A stretch of 64,000 nucleotides of DNA. Source: Thermodesulfobacteriota bacterium (lineage in GTDB: Bacteria; Desulfobacterota; Desulfarculia; JACQYL01). The stretch is from contig CAXXLZ010000001.1 in NCBI GenBank assembly GCA_963675595.2, forward strand, positions 352,001 to 416,000. Direction: 5' to 3'. Shown piece after piece: positions 40,574 through 51,903 of this stretch. A program made the translations under genes and the position numbers. Each line of letters begins with the position of its first letter. Positions within the stretch are counted from its first letter, which is position 1. Below the pieces are notes generated by a model that was given only the letters and a program-made list of their open reading frames with translations, was not told where the DNA came from and searched no databases.

Positions 40574-41581
40574 ATGAAAGGTCTGCGGGGACTCGTTAAG
40601 GAGGTCCTGAGTTCGGGAATCTGCGTGGCCTGCGGAGCCTGTGCGGGCGTTTGTCCCCATCTGGTGTTCCGTGACGGCAGATTGATATGCCTCGACGACT
40701 GTAACCGAGAAGAGGGCCACTGCTACGACGTCTGTCCGAGGACGTCATCGGTGGAGCCCACCGGGGGACCGATCGGCGTTCACATCGGCGTATTTCGGGC
40801 CAAGTCCCGCAAGGAACCGTGGAGTCGCATCGGCCAATACGGGGGGACGGCTTCCGCCCTTGCGGCGTTCGCCGTTGAGGAGGGACTTGTTTCCCGGGCC
40901 GTTCTGACTTCCGGGCGAGAGGGAGAGCCTCCCGCCGGCACGGTGGTTTCATCGCCGGCGGAAGTGGAGAAGTGTGCCGGGTCACGATACGCGGGAGGTG
41001 GTTGCCTCTCCGTTTTCAATCAGGCTGCGGTCGAGGATTCTTCTCCCATGGCCCTCACCGTGCTCCCGTGCCAGGCACAGGCGCTTTGGAAAATGAAACA
41101 CGCCGGAGCGAACCGGCCGTCTCATGCCCAGGCCGTCGGACCGGTGATCGGTTTGTTCTGCACTTGGGCTCTGGACTATCGTTCGTTGCGCGACTTTCTG
41201 ACGAAGGAAGGAGTTTCGGAGGCGCGCTCGTACGATATTCCGCCTCCGCCTGCGGGCTTGTTTCAGGTGATGGGTCGCCAACAACAGTGGGACTTCCCCT
41301 TGGATCGAATTCGTCCCATGGTCATGAAGGGATGCGCTATGTGCGGCGATATGACGGCGGAATATGCCGATCTATCCGTGGGCGCCTATGAAGGAGACCC
41401 GGAATGGAATACCGTGATCGTTCGGACGGCCTTGGGACGGGAACTCGTGGAAAAGGCCGAGGCGAAAGGTTGGCTTGAATGTGATGCCGTGCCGGATGAG
41501 CGGCTTCGACACTTGGAAGAAGCTTCGGCGGCCAAAAGACGCCGGGCAATGGACGGATTCCATGGAAAAAGCGATGAGTAG
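40574..41581 (+). CDS. Coenzyme F420 hydrogenase/dehydrogenase beta-subunit family (FrhB/FdhB-like) with N-terminal ferredoxin
   Basis: CVACGACAGVCP, QYGGT, GSRY, PCQ, IGLFCTW, CAMCGD...ADLSVG, WNTVIVRT. Confidence 0.88.
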   Translation: MKGLRGLVKEVLSSGICVACGACAGVCPHLVFRDGRLICLDDCNREEGHCYDVCPRTSSVEPTGGPIGVHIGVFRAKSRKEPWSRIGQYGGTASALAAFAVEEGLVSRAVLTSGREGEPPAGTVVSSPAEVEKCAGSRYAGGGCLSVFNQAAVEDSSPMALTVLPCQAQALWKMKHAGANRPSHAQAVGPVIGLFCTWALDYRSLRDFLTKEGVSEARSYDIPPPPAGLFQVMGRQQQWDFPLDRIRPMVMKGCAMCGDMTAEYADLSVGAYEGDPEWNTVIVRTALGRELVEKAEAKGWLECDAVPDERLRHLEEASAAKRRRAMDGFHGKSDE

Positions 41582-41620
41582 CGGTCGAGGTCGGAAGGGC
41601 TCGGTGAAAGGAGTGGGTCG

Positions 41621-43540
41621 ATGAAGACCATAGCGCGTGACCAGCCGGGGGAACGGGTATTCATGTTGGGCAATGAGGCCATTGCCAGAGGACTCATCGA
41701 GGGGGGCGTCAGGTTCTGTGCGGCCTATCCCGGGAACCCGTCGTCGGAAATATTGGAAACTCTGGCTTCCGTGACGGACGAATTGGGAATTTGGGCGGAG
41801 TGGTCGGTAAACGAGAAGGTTGCCATGGAAGGGGCGGCGGCGGCCTCCTTTGCCGGAGTCCGAGCGGTGGCTTCCATGAAGCAGAACGGAGTGAACGTGG
41901 CTCTGGACTTCATCGCCGCCCTGGCCCTTTCCGGAGTGAAGGCGGGCACGGTGCTGATCACCTGTGACGATCCGGGAGCGGTCTCGAGCATTAACGAGGA
42001 AGACGCCCGTTTTGTGGCTCGGATCGCCGATTTGCCCCTCCTGGAACCTTCGTTTCCCGATGAAGCGCGCCTGATGGCGCATTACGCCCTTGAACTCTCC
42101 GAACGACTGGGGTCTCTGGTCGTCCTCAGGAGCGTGTCACGGCTTTCACACTGTCGTGAGGAGGTGGTGTTGGGAGAGGTCCCATCGTCGCACGACGTTC
42201 CCGGATTCGACCTTTCGTCGGTTTGGAAAACCTTTCCGGTGCCGCATTACCACCGGAAAATGCATGAAAACCTCGTTTCCGCCGCCGACGAATTCGAAAC
42301 GTCGCCCTTCAACCGATATGAGGGACCGGATGCTCCGGACCTCCTCGTTTTCGCTGCGGGGAGCTCCTACCTCTACTGTTGTGAGGTTTTGGGACTTCTA
42401 GGGTTGGAGGAACGAGTGGGAATCGCCAAGCTGAGCACGACTTGGCCGCTTCCCACGGCTTGGGTCGAGACGCAACTTGCCCGATGCGGGCGCATTCTGT
42501 TTACTGAAGAGGTGGATCCTTTCGTGGAGGATTCCATCAAGGCGCACTATGCTCAGGTCAACGATCGGCTCGGGCCGAAGCGGTTTTTCGGTCGTTCGAA
42601 CGGTTTCATCCCCAAGGAAGGCGAAATCACCCCGGACGCGATCGCGGCCGCAGTGGTGCGTGTCTTGGGGATCGAAGGTCCGGCCGTGGATGACGAATAT
42701 CGCAGCCGCGCAGCCAAGTGGGCGGACGAGATTCTACCGCCCAGGGCGGTGGGATTTTGTGCCGGGTGTCCTCATCGGGCTTCCTTTTGGAGCATTAAGA
42801 ACGCCCTGAAACTGGATGACCGCGACGGATTTGTCTCAGGAGACATCGGTTGCTACAGTCTTTCCCTTTTTCCCACGGGGTTCTCCCAATCCAAGGTGAT
42901 CCACTGCATGGGCTCAGGTTCCGGAGTCGCGGCGGGATTCGTGAAGCTCCGGGATCAAGGATTCAACCAACCCGTGGTCGCAGCGGTCGGGGATTCCACT
43001 TTCTTCCACGCGGGAATTCCTCCCCTCATCGATGCGGTGCATCACGGTGCGGACTACCTGCTGGTGATCCTGGACAACAGTGCTACGGCCATGACGGGTT
43101 TTCAGCCCCATCCCGGTTCTCCGCGAAACGCCCCCGGCGCCCCGGCACGAGAAGTGGATTTGGAAGCCTTATGTCGTGCCGTTGGAGCTTCCGTCACCGT
43201 AGAAGATCCCTACGATCTTCATGGAACCACGGAAACGTTGTATCGGCTGCTGAACGAGGAAGAAGGCGTCCGCGTTCTAATTTTGCGCCGGACTTGCGCA
43301 CTGGTGCAAAGAAAGCGGGGTGGGTTTCCCTACAAAGTCGAGGTGGATCCCGACAAGTGCCGGGGCGAGGAATGCGGATGCAATCGCTATTGCACGCGGG
43401 TGTTCCGCTGTCCCGGCCTTTTCTTCGACGACCGTTCCGGAAAAGCGGGAGTGGATGAGGTCATTTGCGTGGGTTGCGGTGTCTGCGCCGAGGTTTGTCC
43501 TCACAATGCCATCATCCGAAAGGAGATCAACCATGCGTGA
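41621..43540 (+). CDS. iorA: Indolepyruvate:ferredoxin oxidoreductase alpha subunit
   Basis: LGNEAIARG, YPGNPSSE, NEKVA, CAGCPH, GDIGCY, GDSTFFH; C-terminal ferredoxin. Confidence 0.93.
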   Translation: MKTIARDQPGERVFMLGNEAIARGLIEGGVRFCAAYPGNPSSEILETLASVTDELGIWAEWSVNEKVAMEGAAAASFAGVRAVASMKQNGVNVALDFIAALALSGVKAGTVLITCDDPGAVSSINEEDARFVARIADLPLLEPSFPDEARLMAHYALELSERLGSLVVLRSVSRLSHCREEVVLGEVPSSHDVPGFDLSSVWKTFPVPHYHRKMHENLVSAADEFETSPFNRYEGPDAPDLLVFAAGSSYLYCCEVLGLLGLEERVGIAKLSTTWPLPTAWVETQLARCGRILFTEEVDPFVEDSIKAHYAQVNDRLGPKRFFGRSNGFIPKEGEITPDAIAAAVVRVLGIEGPAVDDEYRSRAAKWADEILPPRAVGFCAGCPHRASFWSIKNALKLDDRDGFVSGDIGCYSLSLFPTGFSQSKVIHCMGSGSGVAAGFVKLRDQGFNQPVVAAVGDSTFFHAGIPPLIDAVHHGADYLLVILDNSATAMTGFQPHPGSPRNAPGAPAREVDLEALCRAVGASVTVEDPYDLHGTTETLYRLLNEEEGVRVLILRRTCALVQRKRGGFPYKVEVDPDKCRGEECGCNRYCTRVFRCPGLFFDDRSGKAGVDEVICVGCGVCAEVCPHNAIIRKEINHA

Positions 43541-44147
43541 TGAACCCTTGAATTTGGTTATCTCCGGTTCGGGCGGACAGGGGAACGTTCTGGCCGCGCA
43601 ATGGGTCGGCGAAGCACTGATAAGAGCCGGTCGCCGGATCACGGTGGGGGACACCTACGGCCTCAGCCAGCGGGGAGGCTCCGTAATGAGTCATATCCGC
43701 GTTTCCAAAGAGCGGCGATACGGTCCGTTGATCCCGGAAGGAAGGGCTCATGTGATCCTGGGGCTCGAGCCGGTGGAGACGCTGCGTGTCCTGATCGCCT
43801 ACGGCAATCGGTCGGTCGTTACGTTGACGAACACTCGGCCCGTTTACCCCCAGGGAGTCATAGCGGGAGAAAACGAGTATCCCTCCGAGGAACGACTGTT
43901 ATCGGCTTTGAACGAGTTGAGCGAACGAACCTATTGGGTGCCGGCCACGGAAATAGCTCGGGGTCTGGGAGACCCGATCATGGCCAACGTGGTCATGATC
44001 GGAGCCCTGTGGGGAAGCGGAGTTCTGCCCGCGGAACCGTCGACGATTTCGGCGGTGTTGGAGGACCGTCTGCCGGCATCCAAGCTGGAGGCGAATCGGC
44101 GGGCTTTCGACACGGGATTTCAATGGGCGGTGGATTCGAAGGGATGA
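43533..44147 (+). CDS. iorB: Indolepyruvate:ferredoxin oxidoreductase beta subunit
   Basis: GSGGQG, YGLSQRGGSVMSH, ANVVMIG; ATG after AGGAG. Confidence 0.92.
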   Translation: MRDEPLNLVISGSGGQGNVLAAQWVGEALIRAGRRITVGDTYGLSQRGGSVMSHIRVSKERRYGPLIPEGRAHVILGLEPVETLRVLIAYGNRSVVTLTNTRPVYPQGVIAGENEYPSEERLLSALNELSERTYWVPATEIARGLGDPIMANVVMIGALWGSGVLPAEPSTISAVLEDRLPASKLEANRRAFDTGFQWAVDSKG

Positions 44148-44267
44148 AAACCGCGCAAGCCGCCGGGATTCCAATTATGGAGAATCGAAAGCCGGTTCCT
44201 GCGCAATGTCGTTTGCCGAACGGCGCGTCGACTGTGAAACGACAATGAGGGTGAAGAGGGTGGGTCC

Positions 44268-44705
44268 ATGGCGAACCTGAAAGACTGCCCCTGTTCCGGA
44301 AAAAGCATGACCCTGCATACGGGGGCGTGGATTCTGCTGACCCTGTACCGGCATGAGGGCATCCACGGCTACGAGATCGCGAAACGTCTAAAGGCGGTGA
44401 TGGAGGAGTTGGGAGTATCTTTGAACATCACCGGACTTTATCGACACCTCAAAGCGCTGGAGGGGCGTGGTATGGTGGAGTCGTGGTGGGAACAGCCCTC
44501 CGGAGGAATGGCCAAGCGGAAATATGCGTTAACCGAAGAAGGCAAGCAGTGTCTTTGGGCTTGGATCAACACCATTCAGGTTGAATTCGCCTTGATTGTT
44601 CGCTTTTTCGAAGAATTGAAGCAGGCATTCCCGTCCCTTGATCTACCGGAAAGCGACCTCCTCAAGACTCATTTGCGGCCCGTTACGAAGACGCTCTCGG
44701 GTTGA
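44268..44705 (+). CDS. PadR-family transcriptional regulator
   Basis: HGYEI, LYRHLKALE..G.V, KRKYALTEEG; N-terminal CPC motif. Confidence 0.88.
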   Translation: MANLKDCPCSGKSMTLHTGAWILLTLYRHEGIHGYEIAKRLKAVMEELGVSLNITGLYRHLKALEGRGMVESWWEQPSGGMAKRKYALTEEGKQCLWAWINTIQVEFALIVRFFEELKQAFPSLDLPESDLLKTHLRPVTKTLSG

Positions 44706-44815
44706 ATCGTATTCTCTCCATGAGAGTTTCCTGAACATTCGAATGATCATCCGATTCATTGCGACCCCGGCGATGAAGGGACGAAGGTCCCGGCGTCGCA
44801 TCGGGGGAGGAGCTT

Positions 44816-45265
44816 TCATAGCTTTCGGTCGATGGCCAGGTGGGAAAAGTAGCCCAGGAACGCGCTGACGTAGTACGGCCAGAGGACCGTCGGACTTTTC
44901 TCGAACAGGAGCCAGGGCAGAAGAAGGATCGGCGACGGGACGAGGATCATGGCCCACCAGGTGTGGGTCCAACCGCGGTGCCTTCCGAGGATCGGCAGCA
45001 TGGCGGCCAGGCCCAACAGAGCCGCATATCCATAGTTCTCCACGGCGATCAGGTAGACGTCCAACACGAAGAACAGCGAATAGAAGAGGGTTTGCCCTTT
45101 GCTGTTGGTATCGATGTCCGGAAAGAGGGCGGCCATAACGGCTATTGAGAAGAAAACCACGGCATTCTTGGGAGTAATCTCCATCACGGAAAAGAACACA
45201 AGGGCCGCCAAGAAGCCTGTAATTACCAGTACGGCTCCCAGGGTGTGCGTGCGGAATGATCCCAT
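44816..45265 (-). CDS. YdjM-like membrane metal-dependent hydrolase
   Basis: FRTH, PDID, HRGWTH, SHL..D motifs. Confidence 0.85.
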   Translation of the reverse strand: MGSFRTHTLGAVLVITGFLAALVFFSVMEITPKNAVVFFSIAVMAALFPDIDTNSKGQTLFYSLFFVLDVYLIAVENYGYAALLGLAAMLPILGRHRGWTHTWWAMILVPSPILLLPWLLFEKSPTVLWPYYVSAFLGYFSHLAIDRKL

Positions 45266-45754
45266 AAGACCTCGATTTCGTGAACGTGCTGTTCGGGATT
45301 GTTCGCAAAGGGGTGTTCGGCTTTTCGTCGCGGAGGCCCGACGGACCGGAAAAGATTTTATCGCATTTGCGGCAGGGAACGCCACAAGAAGAGGTCGAGT
45401 CGAGAATCGGATTTTACTTTGGGGATTCGGGTGACGAGATGCGTAAAACGGGGGAGGCGGTAGGCGTGGAAGGGTTCCCTGCGAACGCGCCAAAAAAACT
45501 TCCCCGAAACCGGTTGACAGCCCCTAAATTGTGGTTACGGTTTCCGAAAATACGAAAGCATAACAGCAAGAACAGGTTGCGGAACCAAGGACACCCGACC
45601 TGTGGTCGAGGACGGAGAATCGTTCGGTCATCGCCGAGACCGACCTTGGGGGTCCATGGTTGGGATTAAGCTTTTCGGGTGATGGTGGTTCTTCATTATA
45701 AGGTTTCTGCTTAGAGGTTCCTGCGGATATCACGTCTTCCAAGGAGGAAAAAGG

Positions 45755-46045
45755 ATGAAGGTAAAGCCGTTGAATGATCGAGTTCTGGTGTTGAGAACCG
45801 AACAGGAAGAAAAGACCTCGGGGGGGATTATCATTCCCGATACGGCAAAGGAAAAGCCCCAAGAGGGTAAAGTCGTCGCCGCCGGCCCCGGAAAGGTCAA
45901 CGACAAAGGGGAGCGTATTCCTTTGGGCGTGAAAGAGGGGGACAAGGTGCTGTTCGGAAAGTACGCCGGAACCGAGATCGGCATTGATGGTGTGGAACAT
46001 TCCATCATGCGCGAAGACGAGATTCTTGCGATAATCGAGAAATAA
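45755..46045 (+). CDS. groES: Co-chaperonin GroES
   Basis: [26 protein letters not shown]. Confidence 0.98.
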   Translation: MKVKPLNDRVLVLRTEQEEKTSGGIIIPDTAKEKPQEGKVVAAGPGKVNDKGERIPLGVKEGDKVLFGKYAGTEIGIDGVEHSIMREDEILAIIEK

Positions 46046-46061
46046 TCAGGAGGTCGTTTAA

Positions 46062-47726
<1,665 letters not shown>

Positions 47727-47759
47727 TCCCAAGCCGACTCAGCAGGAATCGGAAAACGG

Positions 47760-47802
47760 AATCCCCCTCGGGAATATAATCCCAAGGGGGATTTTATTTT
47801 TT
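47760..47802 (+). terminator. Intrinsic terminator after groEL
   Basis: AATCCCCCTCGGGA-ATATAA-TCCCAAGGGGGATT plus T-rich tail. Confidence 0.8.
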
Positions 47803-47827
47803 GCGGCCGATTTGAGCGCGGTTGGAC

Positions 47828-49030
47828 TCAGACGTCGTCCGGGAGTGTGTGGAACCTCAGCAGCGGCAGCAGAAGGACCGAAGCGAGGATCATGACGCCG
47901 AAGACCACGAATCCGTAGCCGAAGGAACCGAGATCGCCGGCGAAGCCGATCCCTGTTGATACCCAGCCGCCGCCAGCGGTGAAGGCCATGGGTACGACCA
48001 ACGCCACGGCCGCGCCTCGGTTGTTGGGGGCGGTGAGCCTCGATAAGGAAGCGAATGCCGCGGGAAAGAAGGTGACCGCCACCATGGGGTGGAGAAATAC
48101 AAGAACGATCAACGGGAATCCGTGAGTGAGACCCAGGAGTACGGTCAATGTGCCGCTGCAGATGAAACAGCCTCCCAAGAACCGTTTGGCTCCCACGCGA
48201 TCCATCATCCAACCTGCGAAGAAAGCAGCTCCGATCCCGGATATTCTTGAAAGGGCCAGCAGATTGTTGGCGGTCTCTCTTGCCATGGCATGCTCGGAAA
48301 CGAGAAAGAGTGGGATCATGTTGTATACCGCCAGACTAGCGCCGATCCCCATGCTGAAAAAGAGCATCATGATCCAAATGGAAGGAGTGCGAAGAAGTTC
48401 TTTCATGGTTTGAAAGCGAAGCGCCCGCCCGGTGAATCTCCCCCCCTTGCCGAAGAGAGCGAAAAGCGATCCCAGGATCAATGAGGCGACTCCCAGAACG
48501 GCCAGAGTCCCTTTCCAGGAAATGCGTTCCAGTAAGGCCTCGACAAGAACCGGCGCGACCACGAAAGAAAGGTTTGGTGCGAGTTCATGGACCGCTAGAG
48601 CCTTACCCCAATCACGTGAGACAATCATGGTTGTGATGGTGGCCAAGCCGGATGGCAGGTACAGGCCGGCGGCGATGCCGAGGGCGAAAAGCCCGAAACC
48701 CAACCCCACGGCTCCTTCAGCGGCGAGAATGGACAACAGAGCGAGACCCACGGAAACCGCCGAGAGGATGATGGTGGAGCGGTGTGTGATTCTGGACGAC
48801 ACGAATGTCGAAGCGAGAAGCGCCAACCCATAGCCCACGGAAACGATGAAGATGAGGGTCCCCGCCGCACTGTGGGTTAGATCTAATTCTTTTTCCAGGG
48901 TGGGCAGCATTGGCCCGACGATAATTCGCGCCAGGAAATTCGCCAGGAAGACCCCGGTGATAAGCAGGACCGGGAATAGTTGCTTGGCAAAACGTTGGGA
49001 GAATGGTTCCGATGAAGCATGGGTGGACAT
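47828..49030 (-). CDS. MFS transporter
   Basis: About 12 hydrophobic helices; GWMMDRVGAKR loop motif. Confidence 0.88.
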   Translation of the reverse strand: MSTHASSEPFSQRFAKQLFPVLLITGVFLANFLARIIVGPMLPTLEKELDLTHSAAGTLIFIVSVGYGLALLASTFVSSRITHRSTIILSAVSVGLALLSILAAEGAVGLGFGLFALGIAAGLYLPSGLATITTMIVSRDWGKALAVHELAPNLSFVVAPVLVEALLERISWKGTLAVLGVASLILGSLFALFGKGGRFTGRALRFQTMKELLRTPSIWIMMLFFSMGIGASLAVYNMIPLFLVSEHAMARETANNLLALSRISGIGAAFFAGWMMDRVGAKRFLGGCFICSGTLTVLLGLTHGFPLIVLVFLHPMVAVTFFPAAFASLSRLTAPNNRGAAVALVVPMAFTAGGGWVSTGIGFAGDLGSFGYGFVVFGVMILASVLLLPLLRFHTLPDDV

Positions 49031-49578
49031 GGGGACCCCGATTGGAGCACGGCAAACCCGGCGGTGCAATGGGCGTCGGGATCCGACAGGTGTTGGTCGA
49101 ATGCGGTGAACCGAAGGAACATACTTTATTCATTGACGGGCTTCAACCACCTTGATACGGGATTTGAGAGAGTCCGGCCTCTCCTAAGCGCGACGACGAT
49201 AAGCCTGTATTTTCCGGCCCTTGAGCCTGATGATGCGCTCCTGAGCACGAGATACAGTATCAAGGGTATTCTTTTTTTTTTCTGTGTCTGGTCAAATTAA
49301 TCTAAATCTTTTGGGCCGGAGACTGTTCATAATCTAGTGAATGTGCCCCTGATTCCGGGAATCCAAAGCCTAAAAGAAAGAAACTAACAGGACAACGGTC
49401 TTTTCGGGAAGTCTGAGTATCGGCGGATGACGTCGTAATGACGAGCGAGCATTCGGTCCCGAGCCTCATCAACACCGAGCATGGGATTCCATTTGAGTAT
49501 TCCGGTTCCGACGGTCGGCGGGCGCGATTTCGAGCAGCGAAGACTAGCTCTTCCTATTCCGACTTGAGGAGAAGACGC

Positions 49579-50031
49579 GTGAGGATCGTTATCGTCGACG
49601 AGTATGAGAAGGTGCGTCGATTCGTGGCGGATGAACTGACGAATTTGGGGCATACCGTAAACGACACCGGCGAACCTTCCGAGATTCTTGGCCTGATGAA
49701 CGAGTTTCCGCCGGATGTGGTCTTATTGGATTTGTTTCTTGAAAAGCGGCATCGATGGGACCTGTTGCACGAGATCAAGAAGCGAGTTCCCGGAGTCCCG
49801 GTCGTCCTTTTCACGGGTTATGAAGGATACAAACACGATCCGAGAGCCTCGGAAGCAGACGGCTTCGTACTGAAAAGCAGTTCTCTCGGCTCGTTGTTGG
49901 AATATCTGGACGGATACTTCCCGGACCTGCAACGGTCCTCCGACGCGCGAACGATGGGAAGGTTCGCCAAGAAAAACGTTTCCACGAGAAGCGTTCCTAA
50001 TCAAAGAACCAAAAGTGAGCCCTTTCGTTGA
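49579..50031 (+). CDS. Single-domain response regulator
   Basis: GTG after GAGGAG; IVIVDE, VLLD, FTG, ADGFVLKSS. Confidence 0.8.
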   Translation: MRIVIVDEYEKVRRFVADELTNLGHTVNDTGEPSEILGLMNEFPPDVVLLDLFLEKRHRWDLLHEIKKRVPGVPVVLFTGYEGYKHDPRASEADGFVLKSSSLGSLLEYLDGYFPDLQRSSDARTMGRFAKKNVSTRSVPNQRTKSEPFR

Positions 50032-50161
50032 AGAAGAGTGCATTCTTGTATGAATTGAACAGACTAAAAAACGAAAAGGCCGCCGGCGGGGGTGCGGTAG
50101 TTTTTCCGTTCCTGATCTGCACGAGAACTGGGAGCCCGCATCAAGGGTTGTGAGGGACATA

Positions 50162-50452
50162 ATGGCTTCGAACTTCAAAATACTCGTCCACAAGAATGAA
50201 CAAAGCGCACATTTCAAGTTGTGGGGAGATTTCGACGGGACATCGGCGCATGAGCTGATCAGGAGTATGAATAAACACGGACTTGGAGTCGAGAGAATTT
50301 TCGTCCATACGGATGGGCTGAACAAGGTAATCCCTTTTGGAAGAGATATATTCCGCAATTCTCTTACGGTGTCCGACTGCAGGTCGGGCAAGCTGGTGTT
50401 TACCGGTTCCAAAGCGGATGAATTCGCACCGGAATCGGAGATTGTACCGTAA
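50162..50452 (+). CDS. Small STAS-like hypothetical protein
   Basis: LWGDFDGTSAHEL...IFVHTDGL pattern resembles a STAS/anti-anti-sigma fold. Confidence 0.6.
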   Translation: MASNFKILVHKNEQSAHFKLWGDFDGTSAHELIRSMNKHGLGVERIFVHTDGLNKVIPFGRDIFRNSLTVSDCRSGKLVFTGSKADEFAPESEIVP

Positions 50453-50511
50453 TATCGAGTTTTTCTCCTCCGACCCGTTGTACTGTCGGCAGAACAGATG
50501 GAGAGGTTGTT

Positions 50512-50805
50512 ATGATCAGGGAGTTGATTGAGCATATTGCGAAAGATCTGGTGGATTTTCCCGAGCAAGTGAGTGTTTCCGAAATAAAAGGGGGACATAC
50601 TTCGGTGATTGAGCTCAGGGTTGCGAAAGAGGACTTGGGCAAGGTCATCGGCAAGCAGGGCAGAATCGCCAATGCCATGCGGGTGCTCCTGAATGCGGCA
50701 TGCGCGAAACTTAAGCAGCATGCCGTTCTCGAAATTATCGATCCCGCCCGAGGACCGGTTGCGGAGGAGGATGCCGCGCGCTTCAAGCACCGTGCAAACT
50801 ACTGA
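50512..50805 (+). CDS. khpA: KH-domain RNA-binding protein (KhpA/YlqC family)
   Basis: LVDFPEQV, ELRVAKEDLGKVIGKQGR. Confidence 0.9.
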   Translation: MIRELIEHIAKDLVDFPEQVSVSEIKGGHTSVIELRVAKEDLGKVIGKQGRIANAMRVLLNAACAKLKQHAVLEIIDPARGPVAEEDAARFKHRANY

Positions 50806-51011
50806 GTTCGGCGGGCGCTGGGAGAAGATATTGCCCGTTGTATTCGCCCGGCAAGTAAAATTGGGTAATACCGTGGTCTGGATGCTGTGAGTTCCCGAAA
50901 TTCGGGGAGAACCAAAGGGAACGAGTCAGGTAGGCTTGGTTTCCGGCGTGAATTTGAAGGGTTCTTGATGAGTGCTTCGATTGTGTTTTGTAATCTCAGA
51001 AGGAGGATGTG

Positions 51012-51296
51012 ATGGGCTATTCCAAAGAGGATCTGAAGAGCAAACTGCTGGATATGTACCCGGAAATCAAAAAGAATGATCTGTCGACGGACCTCGCGTT
51101 CGATGATGCGAAGAAAGCCTGGGTGGTCACTTTTTCCAAAGGCGAGCACAGCAGGCATGCCTTTTTGGACAAGAAAGACGCCGACGCATGCGTTGATGGA
51201 AATGTCTGTATTTATCTCGGCGTGCTGATCGAGCAGTATATCAAAGACATTGAAGAAGAGCTTTCCGGGAAGGATATGTTCAGAGAGAAGATCTGA
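51012..51296 (+). CDS. Small conserved-looking hypothetical protein with CxxGxxC motif
   Basis: Strong AGGAGG RBS, own terminator, DADACVDGNVCIYLG. Confidence 0.75.
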   Translation: MGYSKEDLKSKLLDMYPEIKKNDLSTDLAFDDAKKAWVVTFSKGEHSRHAFLDKKDADACVDGNVCIYLGVLIEQYIKDIEEELSGKDMFREKI

Positions 51297-51344
51297 CCCC
51301 ATGTGGAAAAATATTTAGTCAGTTTTCAGCACCGACCCGGATTT

Positions 51345-51383
51345 AGCCGACACACCCTTCCATGAAGGGTGTGTCGGCTTTTT
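51345..51383 (+). terminator. Intrinsic terminator
   Basis: 16-bp stem AGCCGACACACCCTTC-CAT-GAAGGGTGTGTCGGCT followed by TTTT. Confidence 0.85.
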
Positions 51384-51903
51384 GATTCTTGAATCGGGCT
51401 TTCCTGCTCAAATCGCTAAAGGCTGTCGGCCGAGAGCAACCGGACGCAGCATCCGGCGTAATGAGCCGATAGAGCGGATCGCTCCTCTTCAATGAAGTGA
51501 AAGCTTGGCGAACGCGGCAAGGGTTGCAGTACTTTCATGTTCCCTGGTAATTTGAAATTTGTGTTTTCCAGACCCCCGATGGGGCGTTACCGGGAGGCGG
51601 GCTTTTTTCGTACGCCGGGCGTGCAGGCTCCGTACTTTTCGTGCTCGGTGTCTCCGGCGCTCCGTGTTCAACGGACTCCGGCGGTACATCGGCGCCTCTT
51701 TTCAAGTAGTCTGCTGCGTTGGGGGCCCGGCTTCGTTTTTGAGCCGAACGGGGGAGTGCGGAAAAACCCGGCGTCGTTGACTTTCGACTTCCACACGCCC
51801 GATGCAACAAGATCACTAAAGAACACGGCACCAGACTCCCCTTGCGCGTTGGACTTCCGGCATCGGACTTGTCCTTGGATTCCGGCAATAGGGGGGTGAA
51901 TCC

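Noticed and set aside
49300-49380. Possible c-di-GMP-I riboswitch on the minus strand
   Set aside because: Lacks the GGCAAACC...GAAA...GACGCAAAGC core
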